From IMG/VR virus record IMGVR_UViG_3300046007_007030: a DNA stretch of 64,000 nt; one strand, given 5' to 3'. The notes below the pieces were generated by a model, which saw only the letters and a program-made list of their open reading frames with translations, made no database searches and was not told where the DNA came from. This DNA comes from a virus. Shown one piece after another: positions 56,331 to 63,543 of the stretch. Both the position numbers and the translations under genes were made by a program. Every line of letters begins with the position of its first letter. Position 1 is the stretch's first letter.

Positions 56331-57297
56331 TATTCGCATTCCTCTTCTTGAAAGTCGGGTTCTCTTTCTCCGCCGCCTTGTACTTTCTGAAGCCCTCTGA
56401 CGTGACTTTGAAGCGAGGAGCATTTGAACCTTCGGGTGGATGGATGACCACTCCCTCAGACCCGCTACCCCACTTAGGAGTGATGTTGAGAGTCCTGACG
56501 TGAGCGTCTACTTTGTCTGACACTCTCTTCCTGATCTCGTCGAGCTTAGCCGTCTCGGCGGCCTTAGCTTCCTTGTTCTTCGGAATAGTGCGAGTGTTGA
56601 GAAGGTCGCGATTTATTCCCTTCATCATCTCTCGCTCGTCAGACACATCGACCGCGGTCGGCGGGGTATCGATCTTGTCGTCATCGAAGTTGATGTCATT
56701 GTTGCCAGCATTCTTGATGGCCTCGAGGTTGTGAAACTTGTTCTCTGGAAGTTGCGAATGGACGACGATCTTACCAACCCGTCCTATATGAGACGGGTCG
56801 TAAGAAGTACCAACGAATTTGACTTCGCCTTTCTTATCTTCCGAGGGGCGACCAAACGGAGTATAGAATAACTCGCCGCGGATCTTAGACTCGCCGCCTT
56901 CTTTAGCGGCCTGACTCTTTAGATAGGCCATGAGCTTCTTGTTCTTCATCAGCGTGTCATGCGCGTGATCGAACATGTTAGATCCAGTGAGATCGAGAGG
57001 CTTACCCGTCTCTTGAGACCTGCGAGTAGCGCGAGCAGCGTAGTCACCTGGCATCCTCATCTTCTCATTGCCTGAGCCAGAAGACTGAGTGTAGAAGCCG
57101 TCTTTGTCCCAGCCCATCATGTGAGTAGAGCCGTCGGTCTTCTCAGTCTTATTAGACATGTTTATCCTGCCTGAATTTAGCAGATTATGCAGGTCGTCGT
57201 GATGCATCGTGAGGATGTGCGGGAGACCCTGACGGATACCCTCAGTCAGGTAAGTGGACTCTATTAAAAACTCAGTGAATGATAGCATATTACTCAT
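56323..57297 (-). CDS. ATP-dependent RNA-ligase-like nucleotidyltransferase
   Basis: Ligase motifs in order: EKTDGS (I), GELFY (III), EGVVI (IV), RFKV (V). Confidence 0.6.
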   Translation of the reverse strand: MSNMLSFTEFLIESTYLTEGIRQGLPHILTMHHDDLHNLLNSGRINMSNKTEKTDGSTHMMGWDKDGFYTQSSGSGNEKMRMPGDYAARATRRSQETGKPLDLTGSNMFDHAHDTLMKNKKLMAYLKSQAAKEGGESKIRGELFYTPFGRPSEDKKGEVKFVGTSYDPSHIGRVGKIVVHSQLPENKFHNLEAIKNAGNNDINFDDDKIDTPPTAVDVSDEREMMKGINRDLLNTRTIPKNKEAKAAETAKLDEIRKRVSDKVDAHVRTLNITPKWGSGSEGVVIHPPEGSNAPRFKVTSEGFRKYKAAEKENPTFKKRNANND

Positions 57298-58276
57298 GTC
57301 CTAATACTTTTTTCATCTTCTCAATGTCCTCGTCTTTGCCGAGGTGTGTATCAGATTTATTAAGCTTTTTGATAGAGAATTGAACTGTCCTTGCATTGGC
57401 GTTGTCAGTCTTCTGTCTGACTCTAAATCTGCCGGAGCCCTGCATGGGAGAGAGATTGAGCCCATGCCTATCTTTCTTCTCGCTGGCACCAGCTCGAAAC
57501 GTACCGTGACTATCGACATGAAGAACGTCGACGTGGTGATCTCTTAAATATGCATGTGCGGGTGAAAGGTCGGTATCATCAGAGTGAAAACCAGACTTGT
57601 TGGTAGTTCCGACACTGCCCTCGGTGTGATTGAGATGGTCTATGAGCGACCTCTTCTTGCCATCGGCGCCGGTGACTGTGGCTCTCTCGACGTGAGAGGC
57701 ATACTCGGGTCTCCTCGCGCGGGCTTCGTCACTAATGTGCCATTTACCAGTTTTAGGGTGTCTGGTGAGAGTCAACTGACCGAAAGCAGTAGTCTTGATG
57801 TCAGACTTATGCTCACCAGCGACTTGTTGAGGATGACCTTCAGTTCCTCGAATTTTTTTAGCTTCTTTTTTTCTTTTATCAATTAGATGGAAGTCGTTTC
57901 CACCCGTAAATCCTGCGCCGCCGCCAGTCATAAGACCACTCTTAGAAAGCTTTGAGGCTAAAGCTCCCTCTTGTTCAAATCCTCTATTCGCGCGAGTGGT
58001 TGGTTTATTAAGCTTATTAGTTGGGACTTTAATTTTTTTACCATCGCTGCCGGATACCGTCGCATGATGTACTCCGTCTTCTATACTATGACCGTGTATA
58101 GTGACTTTATCTCCAGCTTTTAAGTGACCTACATTAGATACTAGTTCGTGTGATCCCTTAGCGTGTTTAGGACCCTTTGGAAGATATGGAGTAATATACT
58201 GCGCGGTATGCCTCTCGGCCGATTGACCGGAAGCTTTTATAGCGACTTCGGTGATATATTGTATGAAAGAAAGCAT
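57290..58276 (-). CDS. His/Lys-rich protein with a putative PD-(D/E)XK nuclease core
   Basis: NRGFEQE helix, GGNDF and GEHK motifs; capsid-targeting-like leader MLSFIQYITE. Confidence 0.5.
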   Translation of the reverse strand: MLSFIQYITEVAIKASGQSAERHTAQYITPYLPKGPKHAKGSHELVSNVGHLKAGDKVTIHGHSIEDGVHHATVSGSDGKKIKVPTNKLNKPTTRANRGFEQEGALASKLSKSGLMTGGGAGFTGGNDFHLIDKRKKEAKKIRGTEGHPQQVAGEHKSDIKTTAFGQLTLTRHPKTGKWHISDEARARRPEYASHVERATVTGADGKKRSLIDHLNHTEGSVGTTNKSGFHSDDTDLSPAHAYLRDHHVDVLHVDSHGTFRAGASEKKDRHGLNLSPMQGSGRFRVRQKTDNANARTVQFSIKKLNKSDTHLGKDEDIEKMKKVLGHE

Positions 58277-58304
58277 AGCATGGCCCCGATTTGATTATCT
58301 TCTT

Positions 58305-58311
58305 CTATTTA
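58305..58311 (-). promoter_or_regulatory. T4-type late promoter (ATAAATA)
   Basis: Intergenic. The same box precedes other late units at 4999, 21628, 26569/26577, 36256, 54824, 58642 and 62999. Confidence 0.65.
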
Positions 58312-58332
58312 TCAAATCTGGCGGAGCTGCTA

Positions 58333-58602
58333 TCAGTTATCGACCGCCTTGTAGTGCAGCTTGCGGTCATAAGAACCGACCATGACATGTCTCTCATGCT
58401 GGTCAGCGGCGTACAGCAGGACTGTACGCATGCGGGGATGTTCGTTCAGGAGCCGAACTGCCAGTTCCTTGGCGGCTGCGAGGCTCGGTACATCGGCGGT
58501 CCTGTTCCATCCACCCCTCGGCGTGAAGCCAGAGACGGTGTAGGAAACTGCTTGCGCCAGAATCTCTTGGTTGTGGCGATCGACTGCTCGTTCTATCTTC
58601 AT
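58333..58602 (-). CDS. Hypothetical protein
   Basis: GGAG RBS. Confidence 0.6.
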   Translation of the reverse strand: MKIERAVDRHNQEILAQAVSYTVSGFTPRGGWNRTADVPSLAAAKELAVRLLNEHPRMRTVLLYAADQHERHVMVGSYDRKLHYKAVDN

Positions 58603-58620
58603 GTCATTCTCCAAATGAAG

Positions 58621-58644
58621 ATAGGGAGGATCGCTCCTCCCTAT
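58621..58644. terminator. Intergenic hairpin ATAGGGAGGA-tcgc-TCCTCCCTAT
   Basis: Perfect 10-bp inverted repeat between ORFs. Confidence 0.55.
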
Positions 58645-58653
58645 TTATGTTTC

Positions 58654-58872
58654 TTAGAGACCTATCGCTTTCTGAGTATACTTCAGGGTGCCTCCCTTGA
58701 AGTCGTCTCGGAGCCAGTCCTCGAGGATCTCGAACCTGATGGCCGCGTCTTGATCTCCTGCGTCTAGGAGGTCTTCCTTGGCCGCTCGCACGAACTTGAT
58801 GAGGCTGCCGAGGCTGACGTTCTCAGAGTCGTAGGCACCGGCCGCGTGAGTCTTGCCTGCTCGCTGGTTCAT
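58654..58872 (-). CDS. Hypothetical protein
   Basis: TAATG overlap with the upstream ORF. Confidence 0.65.
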   Translation of the reverse strand: MNQRAGKTHAAGAYDSENVSLGSLIKFVRAAKEDLLDAGDQDAAIRFEILEDWLRDDFKGGTLKYTQKAIGL

Positions 58873-59282
58873 TAGAGGTCCTCTTCAGGGGTGTAGTCGT
58901 CGTCATCGTAGGGTGGATCGGTGTCGACGCAGACGTCACCGAAGTAGATGAGACCATCTTTGGAATAGGTCTCGAAGGGCTCTTTGAACTCGATCACCTG
59001 ACCACCGCGAGTGAAATTGCCGTCAGCCTCGAGGTCCAGGTCTTCGATACGGGCGCAACCGATCAAGCCGGCGTCCACCGAGTACTCACGACCGTGATTG
59101 TCGAAATAGGTACCGTCACCCCACTTGGTGCCGTAGCAGGCGAACTGAGTCCCGTCCTTGAACTCCATCTCTCCCGAGAGCACGTGGGTGCCCGAGATCG
59201 TGACGTCGCAGAACTCGTCCCAACGCTCGTGCATCACGTAGCAGAGGTCACCGACGTAGTAGGTACCAGCTGGCATAGTCAT
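58872..59282 (-). CDS. Conserved phage hypothetical protein
   Basis: YYVGDLCYVM...TKWGDGTY...VDAGLIG; GGAGG RBS. Confidence 0.75.
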   Translation of the reverse strand: MTMPAGTYYVGDLCYVMHERWDEFCDVTISGTHVLSGEMEFKDGTQFACYGTKWGDGTYFDNHGREYSVDAGLIGCARIEDLDLEADGNFTRGGQVIEFKEPFETYSKDGLIYFGDVCVDTDPPYDDDDYTPEEDL

Positions 59283-59283
59283 A

Positions 59284-59496
59284 TCAGAAGTCCTCCGCAT
59301 AAGAGCAGGTTTCAAATCGATCCGAGTCGTCTAAGTCTTCCTCTACTTCTTCTTCGTCTGTCCAGCCCAAGGTCTCTGCCATCTGGCGGACTTCGCTCTC
59401 GGACATCCAGTTGAGGATCTCGAGGATGAGCTGATCCTTGTCGAAGCGTCCTTCCTTGACCATCTCGAGGATCGTGTTGGTGTATTCGCGTGCCAT
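59284..59496 (-). CDS. Early hypothetical protein
   Basis: GGAG RBS before MAREY. Confidence 0.7.
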   Translation of the reverse strand: MAREYTNTILEMVKEGRFDKDQLILEILNWMSESEVRQMAETLGWTDEEEVEEDLDDSDRFETCSYAEDF

Positions 59497-59514
59497 GATA
59501 TTGTTCTCCAATTA

Positions 59515-59958
59515 TTAGAGCCAGCCGTCTTGATAGTGGCAGGCCAAGTAGTCGATCGGCTCGGGCTGCTCTGCCAGCCAAGCTGCACGCACAGCCTCCT
59601 GCTCGATGCGATACGCTTCTTCCTCGGCTTCCCACCGAGCATCAGCCTCGATCTGGGCTTCGATCTGTCTACCACAGTAGTTCACCAGATCCTGGAGCTC
59701 CTCGAGGCTCATGGACTTGAGATTGAGGTGCCTCGGGCGGATGCCAGTCGCATCCTTATACATGTCCCAGACGAGGGTTTCGAGCTCGTAACGCTTGTAC
59801 TGGGCAACAGTAGTGATGCCCATCTCAGCCCAGTGAGTCAGATCCTCGGTGAGGAGACCAGCCCAGCGGTTGGCCGGATCTTCGGCGATCCAGGCAAGAG
59901 TCTTGGCATTCAGAGCGGCGAGGTGTTCAGCGAGAGTCATGTAGTTCTCCTTGATCAT
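59515..59958 (-). CDS. Early hypothetical protein
   Basis: WDMYKDATGIRPR motif; AAGGAG RBS before ATG 59940. Confidence 0.75.
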   Translation of the reverse strand: MIKENYMTLAEHLAALNAKTLAWIAEDPANRWAGLLTEDLTHWAEMGITTVAQYKRYELETLVWDMYKDATGIRPRHLNLKSMSLEELQDLVNYCGRQIEAQIEADARWEAEEEAYRIEQEAVRAAWLAEQPEPIDYLACHYQDGWL

Positions 59959-59964
59959 GTGTAG

Positions 59965-59993
59965 ATCTTACTGCACTTCTGATAAAATGTCAA
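59965..59993 (-). promoter_or_regulatory. Early promoter TTGACA-17-TAAGAT
   Basis: Near-consensus sigma70 promoter. Confidence 0.75.
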
Positions 59994-60169
59994 CCCATCA
60001 TCAGGCTGATTTCGTACATGCACTCTTCTTTGAGTTCGTGGAAGTAGGAGTAGTCGTCGCCGTGAAGCTGCTTGATCTGAGCGTCGGTCAGGTCGAAAGC
60101 GACCTCGGGGAAGTTCTTGATGCGGCCGTTGGAGTAGCGAGCCAGTGCCTTGAATTCCGAGTTGGTCAT
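59990..60169 (-). CDS. Early hypothetical protein (59 aa)
   Basis: AGGGG RBS followed by MTNSEFKALARY...; below the ORF-track cutoff. Confidence 0.6.
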   Translation of the reverse strand: MTNSEFKALARYSNGRIKNFPEVAFDLTDAQIKQLHGDDYSYFHELKEECMYEISLMMG

Positions 60170-60201
60170 GCCGGTGTTTCCCCTGTGTTTCCATTATTAG
60201 T

Positions 60202-60230
60202 ATCTTACCTGACCTCGCATTAAATGTACA
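60202..60230 (-). promoter_or_regulatory. Early promoter TGTACA-17-TAAGAT
   Basis: Same class as the promoters at 43311-43339 and 43562-43590. Confidence 0.7.
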
Positions 60231-60376
60231 TGCCTAAAACGCACCCAGGGAGAAAAAAGCGCATAAAAAAAGCCTAACCAAATCAAAGACTTAGGATGTA
60301 CCTGCAAGTCCATGAAAAGATTAGGCTTTTTAATGGCCCTGGGAGCCCTTCCGGAGCTCCCAGGCCGGCTAGGGGC

Positions 60377-60583
60377 TTACCCCATGCGGTAATACAGGAC
60401 CTGCCGGCCGTTGACCATGCGGCGGTTGGAGTAGATCTGGAAGCCCTCGGCGCGAAGATCCGAGATGCGCTTCATCACGGTGCCACGAGGTACCTTGGTA
60501 TCCGAGGCGATCCGCGAGGCGGTCACGCCGGGGGACTCCGGACGACGGGCGAGGTAGTTAGCGACTCGATCGATATAGGCCAT
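60377..60583 (-). CDS. Winged HTH DNA-binding protein
   Basis: VTASRIA....PRGTVMKRISDLRAEGFQI. Confidence 0.7.
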   Translation of the reverse strand: MAYIDRVANYLARRPESPGVTASRIASDTKVPRGTVMKRISDLRAEGFQIYSNRRMVNGRQVLYYRMG

Positions 60584-60596
60584 TCATAGTTCTCCA

Positions 60597-60657
60597 TAAA
60601 AAAGAGAGTGAACCATTCACTCTTTCTCAGTATACTCCCTGTGCGCATTCATGTACA
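60597..60657 (-). promoter_or_regulatory. Promoter TGTACA-17-TATACT followed by a terminator-like hairpin with a U-tract
   Basis: AGAGTGAA-tgg-TTCACTCT-CTTTTTT directly downstream of the -10 box. Confidence 0.55.
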
Positions 60658-60669
60658 CAGGGAAATTAG

Positions 60670-60745
60670 TGGCGACCCCTGGAGGACTCGAACCTCCGAC
60701 CCACAGCTTAGAAGGCTGTTGCTCTATCCGCTGAGCTAAGGGGCC
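60670..60745 (-). tRNA. tRNA-Arg(TCT)
   Basis: 76-nt cloverleaf, anticodon loop CT-TCT-AA, encoded CCA. Confidence 0.93.
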
Positions 60746-62037
60746 TTGTGATACGCGCGCTGCCATCCGTCATGAATTCTCTTCATGTATTTAGGATAGC
60801 TACGATCCAAGAAGTCGATTGCCTTCATCACCGGCTGGTTGCCAAAGATCGGGTCTGTCCACTTGTAGTCGTCGAATATGATGACGCCGCCTGGCTTCAA
60901 GAGATGCAGCGAGTAGATGCCGTCATTGACCACATCCAGAGTGGCGTGCGAGCCGTCTACGTAGATGATATCGAAAGCTCGATTGTCCTTGCACAAAGCA
61001 GGAAGTACGAACCTCGAGTCTCCCTTCAGCAGGCGAACTTTCTCAGGCCAGCGGGAGACTCCCATGTTGAACTGGAACTTCTGCTCCATCTTGTTGACTT
61101 GGCTAGGATCGTGCTCGTGACTTCCCTTGAAGGTGTCGATGCAGTAAATTACGCTCTTCTCATGATCCATCATGTTATCGAGCAGCCAGGCAGTCGCGCG
61201 ACCCTCGAAGCAGCCGATCTCGAGGATCTTCAATGGATCGCCGTTCTTCTTATTAGTCTCGGTGAAGATGCTCTTCCAGTTCTCGATGTTACCGCTGAAC
61301 CAGTCCTCGCCGAACTTGTAGTCCATCATGCGATAGTTATTCAGTGCATCCGGTCGTGTGAGACCGGCGACGAAGCCGGGATTGTGTCTAAAGTTCTGTT
61401 TGTCGGTCACCGCTTCGTGGTGTGTGAAGGACTCGCGATCGCCGATGGCGCAGACTACGTACGGCGGATCGATCTCCAAGAACTCCAGATCGTACCTGTT
61501 ACGTACGCTGATCAAGGCCTCGGTCGGCAGCAGCCTCTTCTCTTCCTCGATCTTGTCTAACAAGAAGCGGGCTGTATTAGGAGTCAGCGTGTAAGCGTGT
61601 GCACCCTCATGGCGACGAGCCTCTAGGTACTCGTCTGGTAGGTCCGGAAACTCGTAGTCGCCGGCATAGTCGAGGCGCGGGCCGAGGTGCAGGATCTGAT
61701 CGTCGCGGACCTCGAGGTGAGTGTAGTCTTCCTTGACGATCGCGTCGTGTTCTAAGACGATGCCGGCCTCTGTTCCAGAGGCGATCTTACGCCAGATCTC
61801 GATGTGACCGAGGGCAGCGTTGTACTCCTTTACGTACTGACGATCGTTCTCTTCGATGCCCTCGCGGCCGATCTTCCATCCGGTCTTCTCGGCAAGGTCT
61901 TCGATGGTGAGACCCATGAAGCCCTCGAACATCTCGTGCTCCACACCGTACTTCACACACGAGGCCTCGCACTCCTTCGCGTACTCTCTCGACTTCTCAG
62001 TGTCGATGTATAGGATGTATGCCTTGCCTAACTTCAT
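60736..62037 (-). CDS. Glycosyltransferase family 25-like plus class I SAM methyltransferase fusion
   Basis: GH..IW.KI...IVLEHDA...GAHAY.LTP, then ILEIGCFEGR, IDTF.GS, FDIIYVDGSH and LKPGGVIIFDDY. Confidence 0.8.
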   Translation of the reverse strand: MKLGKAYILYIDTEKSREYAKECEASCVKYGVEHEMFEGFMGLTIEDLAEKTGWKIGREGIEENDRQYVKEYNAALGHIEIWRKIASGTEAGIVLEHDAIVKEDYTHLEVRDDQILHLGPRLDYAGDYEFPDLPDEYLEARRHEGAHAYTLTPNTARFLLDKIEEEKRLLPTEALISVRNRYDLEFLEIDPPYVVCAIGDRESFTHHEAVTDKQNFRHNPGFVAGLTRPDALNNYRMMDYKFGEDWFSGNIENWKSIFTETNKKNGDPLKILEIGCFEGRATAWLLDNMMDHEKSVIYCIDTFKGSHEHDPSQVNKMEQKFQFNMGVSRWPEKVRLLKGDSRFVLPALCKDNRAFDIIYVDGSHATLDVVNDGIYSLHLLKPGGVIIFDDYKWTDPIFGNQPVMKAIDFLDRSYPKYMKRIHDGWQRAYHKAP

Positions 62038-62237
62038 ATCTTCTTGATCCCCATTACGTAGTTCTCTGCGGCGTCTTCATGGTACTGCTCGCTGTGTCCT
62101 TCGTAGGACTCAGTCGCTATGACCAAGTCGTTCTTTATATAGTCGACCTCGATGTGCTTCGCCTCTCTATTGTAGTAGACGATAGCCTTGAGGTTCATGT
62201 CGTCGGAGTAGAATGTCGAGAGCTCTACCTTATTCAC
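62034..62237 (-). CDS. Conserved small phage protein
   Basis: GTGA overlap; HSEQYHEDAAENYV motif. Confidence 0.6.
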   Translation of the reverse strand: MNKVELSTFYSDDMNLKAIVYYNREAKHIEVDYIKNDLVIATESYEGHSEQYHEDAAENYVMGIKKI

Positions 62238-62464
62238 TTCATAATCCTCTTCATAGTAATCTTGGCGCCGAATGCGATGGCGATGAGAATGACAACCCAA
62301 GCGAATAGTACGAAAGCCAGTGGAATCCAGATGGGAGCGAGTACCCACCACCAAGACCAGTCGATGTAGTTAGTCAACTTGAGAGTGATGAAGATGAGAC
62401 AGAGGATACCAAGAAATCCAGGATTGATGTTGACGTCTACTGACGGTTTCATATCGAACTCCAT
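62234..62464 (-). CDS. Small two-TM membrane protein
   Basis: IFITLKLTNYIDWSWWWVLAPIW. Confidence 0.75.
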   Translation of the reverse strand: MEFDMKPSVDVNINPGFLGILCLIFITLKLTNYIDWSWWWVLAPIWIPLAFVLFAWVVILIAIAFGAKITMKRIMK

Positions 62465-62471
62465 ATTGAAT

Positions 62472-62546
62472 TGGTGCGCCCGGTAGGACTCGAACCTACA
62501 CTCAGACAGTTATGAGCTGTCAGCTTCACCTTTAAGCTACAGGCGC
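62472..62546 (-). tRNA. tRNA with CAT anticodon (Ile2 or elongator Met)
   Basis: 75-nt cloverleaf, loop CT-CAT-AA, encoded CCA; lacks initiator features. Confidence 0.85.
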
Positions 62547-62549
62547 TAT

Positions 62550-62625
62550 TGGTACCCCCTGTCAGATTCGAACTGACCCTGAAGCGATTTTAAGTCGCTC
62601 GCCTCTGCCGCTGGGCTAAGGGGGC
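62550..62625 (-). tRNA. tRNA-Leu(TAA) with a short variable loop
   Basis: 76-nt cloverleaf, AGCGA-CT-TAA-AA-TCGCT, encoded CCA. Confidence 0.85.
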
Positions 62626-62630
62626 TTTGT

Positions 62631-62722
62631 TGGTAGGCGTGTAGGGATTCGAACCCTAGCGAGAACACCAATCTAGTGCTAAAGGGTTTATAAGTCCCTC
62701 CGGGCCACCTGGCCACACGCCC
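62631..62722 (-). tRNA. Atypical 92-nt tRNA with TAT anticodon and a long variable arm
   Basis: GGGCGTG/CACGCCT acceptor stem, TTCGAAT T-loop, loop CT-TAT-AA, AGCACTA/TGGTGTT variable arm, CCA. Confidence 0.75.
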
Positions 62723-62727
62723 GTGTG

Positions 62728-62916
62728 CTATTTAAGATAGAGCTCTATCCGCTCTTCCATATATTTTTTGACTGTCAAGAGCTTGTCCAACTCTCTATGG
62801 GTGAAGTTCTCCGCCGCGTCGTCTTGCGCTCTGCTTATGGCAGGATCCAAGAAGTTTCGGATCTCATAGTTTAGCATTGTAACCAGAAGTTGCTTGTGAG
62901 AGTCAGAGATATACAT
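62728..62916 (-). CDS. Hypothetical protein
   Basis: GGAGG RBS before MYISDSH. Confidence 0.6.
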   Translation of the reverse strand: MYISDSHKQLLVTMLNYEIRNFLDPAISRAQDDAAENFTHRELDKLLTVKKYMEERIELYLK

Positions 62917-63009
62917 TACGCCCTCCATGATAGTCAACATACCCTATCTATTCAAACTGGTACATACTAGAATCGTAGGAGACAGATTCCCTCGGTCCTA
63001 TAAATACTG

Positions 63010-63543
63010 ATGCCTGCCAACCCAAGGAAGGAAGTCATGCTCATAAAAGTGTACGGTTCGAGCACTAAGCGCATGAAGGCGCTCGTTCGTGATGCCGTAA
63101 AGCATGTTGCCGCGAATTTCTTTGACAAGAGGATCCTCGAGAATCTCGAGATCTCCGTCAAGTTCGACTCCAAATTGATGGACGAGACGGGAGACGTGGC
63201 CCAGATGGAGTGGATGGACAATCATCTCCGCGGGCGCGTATTCACTATCTTTGTAGACAAGAATATCAATCCATTCCTGACAATCCTGTGTGTCATGCAC
63301 GAGATGGTTCACGTGAAGCAGTACGCCAAGGGAGAACTCTTCCAGTCACTAAAGGAGTGCAACCTCCACAAGTGGAATCGGAAAGAGTGGGTCAATGACG
63401 AGAAGGTACCCTACTGGGACCTGCCGTGGGAGATAGAAGCCCACGGCAGAGAGAAGGGACTCATGCTCGATTGGATGAGCGTGACAGACTTGCTATCCGA
63501 AGACGAGAAGCAAGACTGGCGTGCCAAGTTCATGTTCTCTTAG
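63010..63543 (+). CDS. HEXXH zinc metallopeptidase-like protein
   Basis: VMHEMVHVKQY...YWDLPWEIEAHG; perfect TATAAATA at 62999. The true start may be 63037. Confidence 0.7.
   Translation: MPANPRKEVMLIKVYGSSTKRMKALVRDAVKHVAANFFDKRILENLEISVKFDSKLMDETGDVAQMEWMDNHLRGRVFTIFVDKNINPFLTILCVMHEMVHVKQYAKGELFQSLKECNLHKWNRKEWVNDEKVPYWDLPWEIEAHGREKGLMLDWMSVTDLLSEDEKQDWRAKFMFS

Noticed and set aside
56331-56423. N-terminal extension of the 525-aa ORF (likewise the track starts at 23128, 35587 and 42518)
   Set aside because: These extensions overlap upstream genes; downstream starts fit translational coupling and the motifs better.
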